NCBI GenBank assembly: GCA_964016885.1
Contig: OZ024751.1
Span: 3,906,001-3,970,000, forward strand
DNA from: Eledone cirrhosa
Lineage: Eukaryota
Length of the DNA stretch: 64,000 nt
Direction: 5' to 3'
Position 1 is the first letter of the stretch. Each line of letters opens with the position of its first letter. The notes under the pieces are model-generated. The model was not told where the DNA came from, searched no databases, and saw only the letters and a list, made by a program, of their open reading frames with translations. Shown here one piece after another: positions 23,487 through 35,500 of this stretch. A program made the translations under genes and the position numbers.

Positions 23487-26400
23487 TCTATATATATAAA
23501 ACAAAGAATGTCTGTGTATCTGTTTCCCTAAAACTCGAGAAGTACCCAACCGTTTTTTTACAAACTTTACACATGTAATACATATGGCCATGTGAGTGTT
23601 TTGAGCAAAAAAGATTTTCAAATTATTTAGTCCTAGGGATCGAATTAGTGAAGTGGCCAATGTCTATGAGGGAGTGAGAGGGGAGAGAAAGAAACGGAGA
23701 GGAGAAGTGACTAAGTGGCTCTCTACTCCTCCTCCTCCATCTCCCCATTCGTCACAGCGTTTTTCAATAGAGGGGATAAATGTAAGTGAGTTATAAAGAG
23801 AAAGAGTGAGAGTGAAAGAAACAGACAGACTAAAAGAGGGGGATAGCGGGAGAGAGAGAGAGACAGATGCTGTGTTTGATACATGACAGGGGAAGAGGGG
23901 AAGGAAAGTTATAACTAATTAACATGTGTGCGTGTGTGTGTGTGTTCGTGCAACGTTCCACTAAGAGTTAAATCTATTAACGTGTGTGTGTACGTGCATG
24001 CGTTTGTGCGTTTGCGTGCATGAGTGTGTGTGTGTACGTGCGTGTGGCGTTTCACTTACACCATTTTTTTCAGTGACAACATATTCACTAACTTACACTC
24101 ATTCCAACCGCTGCTCTTACTGTTACCTCTCTCCCTATACATACCCTGGTTAAGACGGCACTCATGGCTTAGCAATTACATAGTCAACCGTTCGGAAATC
24201 ACATGCATCAGTTTTTAATTCACTGACGAGTTTACTCCTTACTCTACCAGTGAGTTTCAGTGTACTTCGTCCTGCTTTTAGGTCATGCCTCGAAGGAAAA
24301 GATACTCCGTTGGCCGAAAAACTGTGAAAGCAGCAACAACAAGAACAGGGCAGGCAAACGAATCGTCAGTGGAGTCTGCTATTCGACGGTAGCAAGATGC
24401 TAAACATGCTGCCACCAGAAGAGCATTTGAAACAGACAACCAATGAACCATTCGCCGAACCGCTAATGCCTCATCAACTTCTGTTGCACGAGCTGCTGAG
24501 ATGGAAGACCAGCGTAAAAGACGTCGGAGTACGGATGCTGCGAATACTGCTGCTGCGTGAGTTACACAGACCTTGCAAGAACGTGACATTCGACTACAAT
24601 GTAATGCTCAATGAAGGGCCTTTGGGCAGGGTATTTCAAGGCCGTGTTGCTCACGATGGTCCTTAAAAGCATTCGAGTACAACTCTGACTTTGATTACAG
24701 TGGCCATCCAGACATGCGAATTGGGAGTATGTCAAAGACGTGCTCTTTCTGCAATGCAAAAAAGTGGCCCGGAGAAACACCTGGCTTGTGTTGTGCAAAC
24801 GGAAAAGTAAAATTACGTCCCCTGGAGGATCCACCACAACCGTTGAAGCTCCTATATTCAGGCAGTACTGTGGGGTCACGGTATTTCCTGACTTACATCT
24901 GGAGGTATAACTGTGCTTTCCAAATGACATCTTTCGGGGCGAACATTGTCAAGGAAGGCGAATTTATGCCCACATTTAAGGTGCAAGGTCAGGTGTACCA
25001 TAGAATCGGATCCCTCCAGCCTGCCGCCAATCAAGAACCTCAACTTCTTCAGCTGTACTTTGTTGGGAATGTTAATGAACAGGCAGCCATGAGGAACTCC
25101 ATTTCACCTGGAACCAACGTCGAGCTTATAAGGAAACTGTAATGTCATTAGCCTCAAGTATGGCTTGGAAGCAGATACCGCAGCCAATTTTAATGTGGTA
25201 ATTGATGCCTCAAAAATGCCATCTGGGGAGCATCCGGGTCGGTATAATTATCCTGCATGCAATGAAATCGCTGTACTAATGCATGGGAGTCAGCATAATC
25301 CACGAGACATTGTCCTCAAGCGTTGAGATAGCACTCTTTAGCGAATCAGCGAAACACATAGGTCTTACGATGTGCTCCAGTATCCACTTCTCTTTGTAAA
25401 TGGTGAGGACAGCTATCAGTACGGAATTCACCAGCATAATCCAGTAAACCCTCAACACTCTGTCAAAAAACCAGTTTCGTGCATGGATTTCTACTCCTAC
25501 CGCTTCATGGTTCGCCACGATTCCTTCAATCACCTGCACCAGTCAAGAGACCTACTTCAGCAATTCGCCATTGATATGTGCGCAAAAATGGAATCAGAGA
25601 GACTGTGTTTGATACGGTCACACCAAAGGAAACTGCGGTCTGAGATTTGAGAAACAATTACTAGAACCACGCATGGTTATGTGAAAGAGCAGTGCTAGCT
25701 CAAAAAAACCGTCACTGTTAACAAAACCAATGACCAACTACTACACTCCCTTCCTGGTGTTCTTCACACTTACAAATCTGTTGACACAATGTCAGATACC
25801 AAAGAAATGGTGAACTTTCCGTCGGAGTTCCTCAATTCTTTAGAGCCCCCAGGACTACCGCTTCACATGCTTCTCCTTAAAGTTGGCACCCCTGTAATGC
25901 TGTTGCGGAATTTGGAACCACCAAGACTGTGCAACGGGACACGGCTGGCTGTAAAAAGATTGATGGCACATGTAATCGAGGCAACAATCCTTTCTGGGTG
26001 CGGAAAAGGTGATGATGTCTTCATTCCGAGAATTCCTCTCATTCCCTCGGGAGCAGAAATTCCGTTCACCTTCCGAAGACTCCAATTTCTGCTTCGGGTC
26101 AGTTTTGCTATGTCCATCAACAAGTCCCAGGGCCAGACTCTTTCTGTGGCCGGACTTCTTCTGGAAGAACTGTGTTTCTCCCACGTATAATTGTACGTTG
26201 GGTGCTCTAGAGTGGGCAGCAGGGAAAGTCTTTTCGCATTTGCACGCCGAGGAAAAACAAGAAACATCATTTACAACGAGGTGTTGCAAATGCAACAACG
26301 AAGAGATAGGTCCGTAATCACCATTTCTTTAGCCAGCCTGATGAGCTTTTAAACAGTCTCTTAACTAAAACATATGTTTCCCTCGGTTTAAAGTGATCGC

Positions 26401-27040
26401 CTTCAGAGAGGAACCCAGCTTGACAATCGGCGCGGCAATTTAAGGCAGCTGAACAAATTGTGAACGCAAACAGAGTCATTCTAATGGCTGCCAATGAATG
26501 CAACTGAAGTCCTTTTTGCGGCCGTTCTGCAAGTGAACGATCAAACGGCCCTTTTTAGGGCCGAAATTGTTGATGGTGACCCCTCATTTTTAGGGCTGTC
26601 AGTGAACGCACACACAACCCTATTTAAGGGGCCCTACTTGAAATTGTTTGACGGCTACCGCAATGGTAAATTCAAATTGTCCAGCATCCACTAAAACCGT
26701 GTTATAAGCGCTACAGTGGACAGACAGGTACGTTATTGCCCTTCTTAACAAGCCCAGTTTACCTTTACTTATTTTTCCTAACAACATTTGCTTCCTTTGG
26801 TTAAAGGTGAACACACACACAACCCTTTCTTAGCCCTCCCCCTCCTCCTCCATGAAATTGGAAATTTATTTTGCTCACAATTATTTTTTTTTATGAACTC
26901 AGAATTGATTTCATCGTGTGTCCCAATTGAAGAATAAATTGAATTTAGAATAACACATTTCTATACAACATATTTTGCTCTTTTCTTCTAACATGTAAGG
27001 AACAATTTCATTCCTGAGCAACGCTGGGTGCCTATGCTAG
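23487..27040 (+). mobile_element. Internally deleted Helitron with decayed Rep and helicase C-terminus
   Basis: A|TCTATATATATAAAAC start; CCTGAGCAACGCTGGG...CTAG|T end; MPRRKR start, CSFCNAKKWPGE...CCANGKV, YNCAFQMTSFG, LQYPLLF, LLRNLEPPRLCNGTRL, SINKSQGQTL. Confidence 0.93.
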
Positions 27041-27589
27041 TTTCTAATAAAAGACACAGTCCGCTATTTATTTACTTATTTATTCAATTTAAACGTTTGT
27101 ATAGAGCTAGTAAGCCATGACAGACGAGTGGAAGTATCCAGTACTCCTTACAGTTGGTAATCAAAAAGAGTTAGTGAGACAAGTAATAAAAAAAAAATTA
27201 AAAAAGGTAAATAAAATAAAATAAAATAATTAAAAATAATCAAGAATTTAGAGAGAGATTTAGTAATATAACTAACTTTCTCATTGTTAAGCTGGTGTTT
27301 GGAACATAACTTAACAAAGGTTCTTACATAAAATTAGGATTGAAATTTTTTTAGATTAATATAAATACTTTAACCCTTTCATTAGTGGTAGTGCTGGTGG
27401 CTTGACAAAAGCACACAGTCTACCCTTTAAGGTGGTAGTACTGATACCACAACAAAAGCACCCAGTCCAGCCTGAAAGGTGGTAGTGTCGGAGTCATGAT
27501 AAAATACTCCCAGTACACTCTGTAAAGTGGTTGGTGTTAGGAAGGGCATTAAGCCAAAGAAACCAGGCCAAAATAAAGCATATAAGGAG

Positions 27590-27792
27590 GACCTAGTGGT
27601 GGTTGTGGTGGCGGTAGTGGCGTTGGTGGTATTGTTGTTGTTGTTAATGGTGGTGATGTTGTTGTAGTTGGTGGTAGTGGTTGTGTTATGGTGGTGGTGT
27701 TGTCGTTGGTGGTGATGGTGGTGTTTTGGTGTTAGTGGTGTCGATATTGTGTTGTTAGTGATGATGGGTTTGGTGGTGGTGATGTTGGTGGT
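27590..27792. repeat. (GGT/GTT)n microsatellite
   Basis: Directly visible. Confidence 0.85.
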
Positions 27793-30700
27793 TATACAGT
27801 ACAGTATAGTATAGCATAGTACACAGCAGAATACCATAGTATAGTACAATAGTGTATAGTATAGTATAGTACAGTATAGTATAGTAGAGAAGAGTACAGT
27901 ATAGTACAATGTAGTTTAGAAAATACAGTATCGTATATATAATTTAGTATACCATAATACAGTATATTATAGTACAGTATAGTAGAGTATAGTAGAGTAT
28001 AGTATAGTATAATACAATATAGTAAAGCACAGTATAGTATAGTACAGTATAGTACAGCATAAGATAATACAGTATAGTATATTATAGTATAGTATAATAC
28101 AGTATAGTATAGTATAATATAGTACAGTATAGTAGAGTATAGTACAGTATAATATAGTATATTATAGTATAATGTAGTACAGTGTAGTATAGTACAGTAT
28201 AGTATAATACAATATAGTAAAGTATAGCATAGTACAGCAGCAACTGCAGAGGATATGCAACGGCTGGAGAGAAATGAAGCAAGCATGCTCCGTTGGATGT
28301 GCAATGTCAATGTGCGTGAATGACCAAGCATAGACGAGTTGAGAAAGAAACTGGGTATAAGAGGGATAAGTTACCACAACTTATCCCTCTTATACCCAGT
28401 TTCTGTATACTGAGAAGGCTGAGATGATATGAACATGTGATGCGCATGGTGGTTGACCACTGGGTAAAGAAGTGACAAGAAATCCCAGTAGAAGAAAGAC
28501 ACAGTAGAGGTAGACCACGAAAAACATGGGCGGAGGTGGTGAGAGCTGACCTCAGATCGCGGAGGAGATGAGGAAGGACCGTGACAAGTGGAAAGATGCT
28601 GTGCTGAATAGGACCACCCTTGCAAGAAGGGAAAAGCGGACGTAAAATGATAATAATGATGATGATGCTGATATAGTATAGTATATTATAATAAAGTATA
28701 GTATAGTATAGTATAGTATAATATAGTATTGTATAGTAGAGTATACTATGACAGAATATAGTATAGTACAGTACAGTAAAGTATAGTATAATACACTAGA
28801 GTATCGTATAGAAGAGTACAATATAGTATAGCAGAGAATAGTACAGAATAGTATAGTACAATACGGTATAATATATTGTAGTATAGTACAGCATAGGATA
28901 GTATAGTACAGTATAGTATGTTATATTATATAGTATATAATAGTACATTACAGTATAATATAGTATAGTAGAATATAGTATAGTATAGTATAGTATAGTA
29001 CAGTATAGTATATATAGTATAGTATAGTATAGTATAGTACAGTACAGTATAAAATAGTTCAGTATAGAATGGTACATTATAGTATATTAAAGGAGAGTAT
29101 AATATAGTATAGTACATTATAATGTAGTACAGTGAAGTATAATACAGTATAGTATAGTACAGTATAGTATAGTACAGTATAGTACTGTATAGCATGGTAC
29201 AGGATAGCATATATAGTATAGTAGTGCATAGCATAGTATAATATACTACAGTATAGTATAGAACAATATAGTATAGCAGAGTATAGTATAGTACAGTATA
29301 ATATAGTAGAGTACAATACAGTATAGTATAGTGCAGCCCAGTACAGTACAGTAGAGTACAGTATAGTATAATATAGAACAGCATAGTACAGTATTGTACA
29401 GTACAGTAGGGTATAGTACAGTAAGGTATACTGTAATACAATAGAATAGAGTATAGCATAGGACACTATAGTAGAGTAGAGCATAGTATAGTTCAGTATA
29501 GTAGAGTATAGTATGGCATTATATAGTGTAGTATAGTATAGTACAGTATACACTATAGTATAGTACATTACAGCATAGTATAGTATAGTGTAGTGCAGTA
29601 GAGTAAAGTATAGTATAATAGAGTATATTATAGTATAGAGCAGTAGAGTATAGTACATTATATTACAGTACAAGATATTATAGTAGAGTAAAGTACAGTA
29701 TAGTATAGTACTCTACAGTATATTATATTATGGTATAGTGTATATAGTATAGTACATTATAATATAGTATAGTATAGTACAGTATAGTATAGTAAAATAA
29801 AGTATAGTATAGTATAATATAGTACAGTACAGTATAATACAGTATAGCATCGTATAATACAGTATAGCATCGTATAATATAGTATAGTATTGTGTAGTGC
29901 AGTACATTATACTATAGTATAGTACAGTAAAGTATAGTACTGTACACTATAGTACAGTACTGTATGCTACAGTATAGTATATTATAGTACAGTATAGTAT
30001 AGTAAACTATTGTACAGTACAGTATGGTATCGTATAGTATACAATAGTACAGTAGCGTAGGGTATAGTAGAGAACAGTATATTACAGTACAGTATATTAT
30101 ACTATAGTACACTATAGCATAGTACAGTATAGTATAGCATAGTGCAGTACAATATAGTATAGTAGAATATAGTACAGTATAGTACATTATAGTATATTAC
30201 AGTGTAGTATAGTATGGTGCAGTACAGTATGGTATATTATAGTATAATACAGTATAATAGTATAGTGCAGAAAATTTTAGTATAGTATAGTAAGTTATAG
30301 TACAGAATAGTATAATAGAGTATAGTACAGTACAGTATGGTACAGTATAGTATAGTTTAGTATAGTATAGTACAGTACAGTATGATATAGTATAGTGCAC
30401 TATAGTAAAGTATAGCATAGTACTGTATAGTATAGTATAGTACAGTATAGTGTAGCATAATAGAGTATAGTATAGTATAGTATAGAACAGTATAGTATAT
30501 TATAGTACTGTACAGTATAGTATAGTATAGTACAGCATAGTATGGTATAGTAAACTATAGTGTTGTACAGTATAGTATATATAGTATCGTATAGTACAGC
30601 ATAGTATTGTATAATATAGTACAGTATAATACAGTATAGTTTATCATAGTACAGTATAATATAGTGTAGTATAGTATAATATAGTACAGTGTAGTATAGT

Positions 30701-32539
30701 ACAATATAGTATAGTATAATATAGTACAGTAAAATATACTAAAGTATAAAATAGTACAGTGTAGTCCATATAGTATAGTATAGTATAGTATAGTATAGTA
30801 TAGTATAGCATAGTATAGTATATCATAGTATAGTATAATAGAGTACAGTATATTATAGAACAGTATAGTATAGTGCAGTATAGTACAATACAATAAAGTA
30901 TACTATAGTATACTATACTACAGTAGAGTATAGTGCGGCATAGTATAATATAGTATAGTACAGCATAGTACATTATAGTATAGAATAGTAAAGTACAGCA
31001 TAGTATAGTCCAGTACAGTAAAGTATAGTATAGTACAGTATAGTAGAGTATAGTATATATAGTATAGTATAGTACAGTATAGTATAAAATAGTTCAGTAT
31101 ACAGTACATTATAGTATTATATAGTAGACTATAGTACAGTTTAGTATAGTATAATGTTGTATAGTGCAGTACGGTATAGTATAGTATAGCATAGTATATT
31201 ATAGTTCAGTACAGTAGAGTATATTATAGTCTAGTACAGTATACTATATTACACTATAATATAGTACAGTACAGTGTATTATAGTACAGTACAGGGTAGT
31301 ATAGCATATCGGAAAGCATAGTATAACATAGTACATTATGGTGTAGTGCAGTACAGAATAGTATAGTATAATACAGTACAGTATAGTATACAATACTAAA
31401 CTATATGTACCATACTGTACTGTCCTGTACTATAATCTACTATAATATACTGTATTATAACTTACTATACTATAATAAACTGTTCTGTACTATACTATAC
31501 TGTATTATACTAAAATATACTATACTGCACTACACTATACTATACTATACTACACTATACTGTAATATACTATACTTTACTGTGTTATACTGTACTATAC
31601 TATACTATATTGTCCTGTAATGGACTGTACTATACTATACTCTACTACACTATACTATACTAAACTGTATATACTATAATATACTATACTGTTCTGTACT
31701 ATACTATACTCTGTTATACTGCACTATAGTATATTGTATTGCACCATACTGTACTGTACAGTATATTATTCTATATTATACACTATACCGTAATATGCTA
31801 TACTGCAGAGTACTGTACTGTACTATTCCATACTGCCCCATACTATACTGTACTTTACTCTACTATAATATCTTGCACTATACTATAATGTACTATACTG
31901 TACTGCACTATACTATACTATACTTTATTATACTATACTCTCCTGCACTACACTATACTATACTGTACTATACTAAACTGTACTATACTATACTATACTA
32001 TATACACTATACCATAATAGACTAAACTATAGTGTACTGTACTATATTATACTGTACTATATTATATAGTACTGTATAGCATAGTAGAGTATAGTATATA
32101 TATAGTACAGTATATTATAATATAGTACAGTATATTAAAGTATAGTATAGTATAATATTGTACAGTATTTCAAATATAATATATTATAGTACAGTATAGT
32201 ATAGCATAGTATAGTAGTACAGTATCGAACAGTATAGTACAATACAATATAGTATAGTATAATATAGTAGAGTTTAGTATAGTACAATATACTAAACTAT
32301 AGTATAGCAGAGTATAGTATAGTAGAGTATACTATATCAAAGTATAGTATGGTACAGTATAGTACAGTATATTATAGTATACTATATTACAGTATAGTAT
32401 GGTATAGTAAAGTACAGTATAGTAGATTATAGTATACTATAGTATATTAGAGTACATTACAGTATAGTACACTATATATAGTACAGTATATTATATATAG
32501 TATCATATAGTACAGTATAGTATAGTATAATGTAGTATA
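27793..32539 (+). repeat. (TAGTA/CAGTA)n degenerate pentanucleotide satellite, block 1 (inverted segment at ~31393-32060)
   Basis: 5-bp periodicity with variants TAGCA, TAATA, GAGTA. Confidence 0.97.
28237..28670 (+). mobile_element. Decayed 5'-truncated RTE LINE 3' end inside the satellite
   Basis: ATAEDMQRLERNEASMLRWMC; closely related to 39350-39775; (GAT) tail. Confidence 0.85.
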
Positions 32540-35500
32540 TCATCATCATCATCATCAACGTTTAACGTCCGTGTTCCACGCTTGCATGGGTTTGGACGAT
32601 TTTGTTAGAGATGCCTACTGGCTGTAGTAGGTTTTACTATGTATTTAGGTAAGGCGGGTCTTCTCTGTTACTGAGTACCGCCAAAGGTCTCGGTCCAGTG
32701 ACATTGTCTTGGAGAGGTGTAAGTGTGTGAGGTCGGAGTTTATCAGCTCGTCCCAGGTTTTTCTAGGTCTGCCTATTCCGTGGCTACCGTCTATCTTTAT
32801 TGCCCTGCACTTTGTTATACAGCTATCGACTTTCATGCGCATCACGTGTCCATACCAACGTAGCCTTCTCTCGAGTAAACAACATCTGATCCCTCTTATC
32901 TCTAATTTTTTCCTTAGTTCGTTTATGCTTTGCCGTTCACGTATATTACTGTTACACATCCAGCGGAGCATGCAAGCTTCGTTCCTCTCTAGTCTGCGTA
33001 TATCCTCTGCACACAATGCCCAGGTCTCACTGCCATGCAACATTGCTGTTCGTATGCAGGCATCGTACAACCTGCCTTTCATTTTTAGGAAGAACCCTCT
33101 AGCAGCTAATAGTGGTATAAGCTCTCTGAACTTTTTCCAACCAGTTCTGACTCTAGCTACTGTACTTTCAGAGCACCCTCCCCCACTGCTGATTTTATCA
33201 CCCAGGTAACGGAAACTGTCCACTATTTCTATAGAACCCTCTGCGCAATTGAAAGAGCTAGTATTTTGTGGGCACTCTCTGCTACTTATTGCACCAGAGC
33301 ACCGGCCACATGTAAAATCTATGTTCTTAGTTAGCTTACCTGTGATCCCACTACATCTTTTATGCACCCATACTTTGCATTTAGGACATAAAATGGAGTT
33401 TCTACCTACGCCTTTCCTACACACCGAGCACGACCATTTCCCAGAAGGGACCGCCGCCTTATTTTCTTTCCTACAAACTAGAACTTTAGTCTTAGCCAGG
33501 TTAATTTTAAGGCCTTTTGATTCTAGGCCGTGCTTCCATGTTTGGAATTTCTTCTCTAGCTCGGCCATTGATTCCGCTATGAGTGTCAGGTCGTCTGCGT
33601 ATAGGAGTTCCCATGGGCAGCCGGTCTTGAACTCCTCTGTTATAGCCTGAAGGGCAATAATAAATAGTAGGGGGCTGAGAACAGAGCCCTGATGGACGCC
33701 GACTTTTACGCTAAACTCTTCACTATATTCGTTGTTAATTCTAACCTTGCTGACTGTTTCTTTATACATGGCTTGTATAACTCTCACAAGCCATTCGTCA
33801 ACGCCTAGTTTTCTAAGAGCCCACCAGATAATGGAGCGGGGGACTCTGTCGAAGGCTTTCTCCAAGTCGACAAAAGCTAAGTAGAGGGGTTTACCTTTAG
33901 CTAGGTACTTCTCCTGTAGTTGTCGTACAATGAAAAGAGCGTCTGTGGTACTTTTGCCTGACACAAACCCGAACTGCATTTCATCTAGGTCAATTCTCTC
34001 TCTGATTAGTTGTGCTATTACTTTTTCCGTGACCTTCATGACCTGGTCGATTAATTTAATGCCTCTATAGTTACTCCTATCTAGGGCGTCTCCTTTACCC
34101 TTATAACAGTTAACGATGATGCTGCTATGCCAGTCCTTCGGAACAACCCCATTCTGTACGACTTGGTTAACTATGCGGGTGACCATGGTGTGTCCCACCG
34201 TGCCAGATGCCTTCAGCATCTCAGCAACTATTTCCGAAGGCCCAGCCGCCTTACCCGTCTTCAGATCCTTGATTGCCTTACTTATTATACTCCCCTCGAC
34301 TAACACTGCTGGTCCCTCTATTGGGTCGATATGGGGGAGACTGTCTTTCTCCCATTTATTCTCCTCATTTAGTAGCCTTTCATAGTGACACTTCCAAGCT
34401 ACCTTCTTATCAGCGTCGGTGATGGCAAGTGTGCCATCGTCGTTTAGTACACACTTCTCCCCGACAATATCACGGTTTTCCTTGACGCATTGCCTAGCAA
34501 TCCTGAACACCTCACGTTTTTGGTCATCGCGTTGTAGAACATGCTTGAACTTTCTTTCCTCAGCTTCCCTTCTTGCTAAGTACACTTGTCTCCTAGCTTC
34601 CCTCCTGGCCACTTGATAGTCTTCTCTACTTCCCCCATCCCGCCATACTTTCCAAGCCTGCTTTTTGGCCTTAATTGACCCCTCCACCTTACTGTTCCAC
34701 CACCATGTTACTCTCCTCCTGCCTACATGCCTGCTCCAGCCACAGACTTCGTCTGTCTCCAACAGCAGGTTTGCTTTCAGAAATTCCCACTCTCCCTCTA
34801 TATTGTCCGACTCTAAATGTTCTTCCTTACTGTCGAAAGCATCAAGTAATATGCTTTGAAATTTATTCCTGGCTGTGGGGTCCTTTAGCTTCCATATTTT
34901 TCTCCTGAGGATAGTCCTCTTCTGCTGTCGAGTACATCTCGTCCTGACTATGAGGTCGCTAATTATCAGTCTATGTTGGGAGGTGCATTCTTCATGGGGG
35001 AGGGATTTAGTGTTTACAACAGACACTCTGTCACGTCTTCTGGTAAGGATATAATCTACCTGGCTTGTGTGTTCCCCGGATCTATAGGTGATCAGGTGAT
35101 TGTCACGTTTTTTGAAGTTAGTGTTACAGATAGTTAGGTTATTTTCATCACAGAATTCCAGGATTCTGGAGCCTTCCTCATTTCTAGTACCAAACCCATA
35201 GCCTCCATGGATTTCGTCGTAGCCGTCACAATGTTGTCCAACGTGACCATTTAGGTCGCCTGCAATAATTATATAGTCACTGTCGGATATTTGGGAGGTA
35301 GTTAGCATCAGTGTCTCATAGAATCTGTCTTTTATAGTGCCGGGCAGTCCGGATTGGGGTGCGTACGCAGATATTACTGTCACCGTAGTTCTATTGAGGA
35401 CAAGTCGTATTTTAATTATTCTGTCGTTCACTCTATTTACGTCTATTATCTTATCTGCCCACTTTTCTGCTACCATGATTCCTACTCCACCCAGCCCATC

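Noticed and set aside
24221-24262. Hammerhead candidates at CTGACGA 24223, CTGATGA 26338, 40700 and CTGACGA 18242
   Set aside because: No stem II followed by GAAA; one lies within LINE coding sequence
6330-26300. Host PIF1 helicase genes
   Set aside because: Intronless, disrupted, joined to Helitron Rep and enclosed by TC...CTAG ends
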